Origin: Macrostomum lignano
Taxonomy: Eukaryota
Direction of reading: 5' to 3'
NCBI GenBank assembly: GCA_002269645.1
Contig: NIVC01002407.1
Location: forward strand, 62,001 to 126,000
DNA length: 64,000 nucleotides
Shown here: one piece after another, positions 60,018-64,000 of the stretch
Layout of the letters: every line of letters starts with the position of its first letter
Position numbering within the stretch: position 1 is the first letter of the stretch
Position numbers and translations under genes: made by a program
The notes under the pieces: generated by a model
Database searches by the model: none
Seen by the model: the letters and a program-made list of their open reading frames with translations, nothing else
What the model was told of the DNA's origin: nothing

Positions 60018-60405
60018 TTATTTATGAATAACGTGACTGCGCTGCGAATTGCGCGCTTATGAACCTCTGCCCACCGAACTTTGTGAACTGTTTTGTTACG
60101 TGGCTATCATATGGTTATCGTTTAAATAGAAGAGAACTTTTTGTCTGTTTTTCCTGTTTCTTCAGTCCATTTTATCGTTTTACTTGTATCGAAATTGTCG
60201 GAAGACTGCACTGTACTCAGAGCTAGAACAGTTTGGTTCATGAATATTTTCTTTTATTAATTTAGCCTACTTTCTAAAAATTAGAAAACTTGCTCAAAGT
60301 AACTCGCAATCACTAAAAAAACTTTAAAATTTCCAAAACAGTTATTGTTTCTTGGAACGCCAGCTGCAATCTCGTCCTAAAGTGCAAACTGTCATTTGTC
60401 ATGAA

Positions 60406-63400
60406 ATGCCACCTAATCCCCTAAAGAACAAGCAATCCACTACAGAAATGAAACAGTCATCAACAAAACTTGATGAGATTGATAATGGATATCATGGAGA
60501 AAGCCTTCCTTGCCAAGTATCATCTGTTGCAGATTCATCTATGCCACATGTTAATGTAAGCTGAATAAGCATAATATTGCTTAGATATATATTAGGCCTA
60601 CTTATACAGATGTTTGTATGTTGTTAAATATTTTTATAGGCCTATTCAATAAGCAATTGCAGAAAATGCAGTTTGAATTAAAGTATAATTTTTGTCTATC
60701 CTGTAATTTATTATTATTAGGCTGGGTCTATATTATTTATTTGCACTAGGCCTAGGCCTAAATATAACTAAACTATGAATTTAAGATATAGGCCCCTAGT
60801 ATATATTTTGGGGATAAAGATATCATACCATATAATATATTGGCTATATAACAAAGTGGCCATAGCATAGGACTGGAATATCCACATGACAAAATGGCCA
60901 TATATAACATAAATAAAAAAGCAAATCTGAGGGTTATCCCAGAAATAATGGGAAAAACCAGTATAGAGGCTGACTGTGATTTTTGAATTTGATGCAACTT
61001 GTGTCATAAATAGAAAAAAATCCAACAGTCATTTTGCTTTTTAAATGGGATAAAAATATCAATTTATTCAAGTTTTGTCTACAAATAAAACAAGGGATAA
61101 GGGGTAGAGTTACACCCTGGTTGCAGATTGTGCAGTGGTATATCCTGGAACAAGAACCCTAGCTCATCTAAATGTATACCAGTATACACCAAAAACAAAA
61201 AATTCCCTAAAATATACACCAAAAATTTCTTCTAAAAAAGGTCATTCAGTTTTTATAAGTAGAATTTTCTAAGAAAGGCTTTCATACAAAGTCTTTTAAA
61301 ATGAAATGAAATAATATAAAATTTCATTTAAAATAAAAATAAATAAAATGAATATTTTCATTTTAAACAAATCTAAATTATACTTACAGAAATAATGATG
61401 CAAAATTGACACTCTTAGCAATAATTTATACTAATTTTATTTATTGTTTATTTCAAAGAAGCAAAAAGTTTATCACTGACTTTCTAGACTATACCAATTT
61501 TCCTTTACTTTATGTAAAAACATTAATTTTATTAATTTTATGCATTGTATACACCGGTTGTATACACCAAGGACTTAGGGTTGTTGTTTTGTATGCCGGA
61601 AAGTTCCAGCATATATGCATGCCATCTACAACCTAGAGTTACATCAAGTCGAGGGGTCTGCAAAGTTGGTCACACAACATTGCCATTGCCTTTGACTGAT
61701 GACTTTTCAACAAAGTCATCCCTCAGCCTATAGCTTGGAGCTATTCTGCTTCTGCTTCTGCTTTTTTTCAAGGGCTTATGTGCTCTTTTTTGTTTCTTTT
61801 TAGCTTTTTTGTTTGCTTTTGTTTTTGAATCAATGGTTCTGATTAAACATTGAAAGTTTAGTCTATGGCCAGCATAGTAGTCTTGAATTGGTATAACTTT
61901 ACCCCCTACCCCTTGTTATATTTATAGGCATAACTTTTGAATTAATTGATATTTTTACCCCATTTAAATATTAAAAAGCAAACAGCCATTGGATTCTTTT
62001 TTACTTATGACACAAATTGCATCAAATTCAAATATCACAGTCAGCCTCTGTATTAGTTTTTCCCACTATTTCTGGGATAACCCTTATATTTTGGCAAAAA
62101 ATTATCTTTAGAATATGCTATCAGTTTAAAAATTATTTTAATAGAAGTGTTTTTTATATGCATTTCTGTTTTATTTTATTTTTGTTCTTTGTCCTTGCAT
62201 TTGCTTTCAGTTTTTTATTTGGATTTCTAAATATACTTAACTGCATTTTCTTCCATTTGCAACTTTACAGCTTGGATTTAGTACTTTGTGATAAATTTAT
62301 TGGAATTCTGACCATTTTATCTAAAGCTAGCCATTTTAATGAACAATTTATTGAGATTGATCAAGATTAATCCAGCTTTGGCAAAGAGGGAAAGGTTTTT
62401 TGTTATAGAAAATAGTCAAAATAAAAGTACAAACTTTAAAAAGACATGCTTTTTATGCTATAGCAATTTTATTATTTGATTAGTGAAATATTGTTTAATT
62501 AAATGCCATTTTGTTATGGCTGAATTTCAAAGTACAATTTAAAAATTGGATCTGACCACACCATTATCCCTAATCTATTGATTGCACTTTGCATATACAC
62601 TATAGTTTGGAACACTGTATATACACATCATGCATAAAAATATTTATACCAACAAAATCACTTTGTATGCCAACATGTATGCCAAATTTCCTGAGTGTAC
62701 CCTAGAAATTTCCAAAGTATATGCCTTCTTCCTGACTATGGCATGTACATGCAGTAACAGCTACTAGCTAAGTCGTGAGTTTTTTTAATTTATAAACTGC
62801 AGATATGTGCAAGGCAGTCAATGAATAATTTTTTAAGAAGCTACAATCACCAAATGGGTATATTTGCAATTATATGTTATAAGTAGCCTATCTTTTTGCC
62901 TAACCGGTCACTTTTAACATCTATGTAAACAAAAAATTCACTTTTTCCAAATCATCTTTTGCCAAAAATTCCTTTGCCAAAATTGGCCACACCCTTGGTC
63001 ATTCTGGTCATAACATGATTTGTGATCTGAGGGCATGATAAATGCAAAATGTAAATGTAAAAGGTATAAATGTAAAAACCTGAAGCACTGATTCATCAAA
63101 CCGAGAAATTCCTCTCAATGTGGAATTTCGCCTTAATGACCAATGATTTAATGCTGTATTGTTGACAACAAGGCTGTATAAACCTTGAACTACCCCTGGC
63201 AGACTTTGGATCCCCTGATCTGCTCGGACCAGTCGGTCATCTCACCAGACGATGCTGCAGTCGCAGACGCCAGCAGTGATGGCGGCAGCGGGCCGGCCCT
63301 GAGCACCGGCCGCCGGGTTCTCTATGGCCTGGCTGCTCCGCCATCTGCCATGTGCGGCAACATCTTGGGCTTCCTAATGTCCGTCTACCTGCTGGAGGTG

Positions 63401-63658
63401 GCCAAGCTGACCCCTGGCCTGGTGCTCACCATAACATTCACCGGCCGGTTCTGGGACGCCGTCTCCGATCCCATTGTCGGCTATCTGGTGTCCCGGACTC
63501 GAACTCGATTCGGGAAATGCCGGCCCTGGGTGTTGGGCTCGGCGCCGTTCTGCGGCCTGGCCTTTTTCCTGTTCTTTAACACTCCCTCCTGGCAGTCGCT
63601 GTATGCGAGATTCGCCTACTATTTTATCGTGTACCTAGGATTCTGCACCTTCTTGACG
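60406..63658 (+). CDS. MFSD2: MFSD2-like (GPH/MelB family) MFS transporter, 5'-part only (putative exons 60406-60555, 63203-63658; continues past the window)
   Basis: Exon 63203-63658: LSTGRRVLYGL...LGFLMSVYLLEVA...GRFWDAVSDPIVGYL..RTRFGKCRPWVL, ending at a phase-0 GTGAGT donor like MFSD2A. Exon 60406-60555 has an open frame and a phase-0 GTAAGC donor but no homology support, so it is less certain. Confidence 0.8.
60925..62085. mobile_element. Old inverted-repeat (MITE-like) element in the MFSD2 intron
   Basis: 60925-61117 is about an 80 percent reverse complement of 61890-62085. A weaker nested inverted pair lies at about 61117-61190 and 61545-61640. Confidence 0.55.
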
Positions 63659-63689
63659 GTGAGTGGTTAACTTTTGACCAGCTCTAGAA

Positions 63690-64000
63690 CCCTCGGTTGC
63701 TGGGCCAGCCTCTCAGATCCTCCGTTGCTGGCCAGCCTCCCACATCCTCAGTTGCTGGCCAGCCTCCCACATCCTCAGTTGCTGGGCCAGCCTCCCAGAT
63801 CCCCAGTTGCTGGGCCAGCCTCCCAGATCCTCATTACTGGGCCAGCCTCCCAGATCCTCAGTTGCTAAACCAGCCTCCCAGATCCTCAGTTGCTGGACCA
63901 GCCTTCCAAATCCTCAGTTGCTAAACCAGCCTCCCAGATCCTCAGTTGCTAAACCAGCCTCCCAGATCCTCAGTTGCTGGGCCAGCCTCCCAGATCCTCA
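63690..64000. repeat. 28-29-bp intronic minisatellite (MFSD2 intron), runs off the window
   Basis: GCCAGCCTCCCAGATCCTCAGTTGCTGG repeats. Confidence 0.95.

Overview
Eukaryotic (invertebrate) genomic DNA, not prokaryotic. It has GC-rich spliced genes with poly-Ala/Gln tracts in AT-rich, very repeat-rich intergenic DNA. The style resembles a free-living flatworm such as Macrostomum, but that is an inference only. Seven host genes could be assembled by hand from splice signals and frame continuity: two tandem secreted single-CUB-domain paralogs (961-1565, 10600-12000), a 5-exon calumenin/reticulocalbin ending in HDEL (14195-17169), a 3-exon Hey bHLH-Orange repressor (24111-25962), a minus-strand PDZ-only Zasp/PDLIM-like gene (43442 to 33391), an intronless secreted PAN/apple + LamG-like gene (47454-48488) and the 5' part of an MFSD2-like transporter (60406 to beyond the window). 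Mobile DNA comprises an intact young Ty3/gypsy element with identical 315-bp LTRs, a dead mariner, several hAT MITEs with TSDs, a P/MULE-like foldback, a CryptonV-like relic, a tRNA-derived CORE-SINE, LINE fragments and a probable solo LTR. Tandem repeats include a 5.9-kb 40-bp satellite, a 3.7-kb 20-bp satellite and about 20 minisatellites, many of which fill introns. Most long ORFs in the supplied track are repeat artefacts. I found no CRISPR, rRNA or functional tRNA. Best leads for new biology: the CUB pair with an unpaired Cys and a conserved non-CUB tail, an intronic array built of AG|GT splice-junction units, a possibly dual-coded exon in the PDZ gene, minisatellites sharing sequence cores, and a -1 frameshift signal in the gypsy element.
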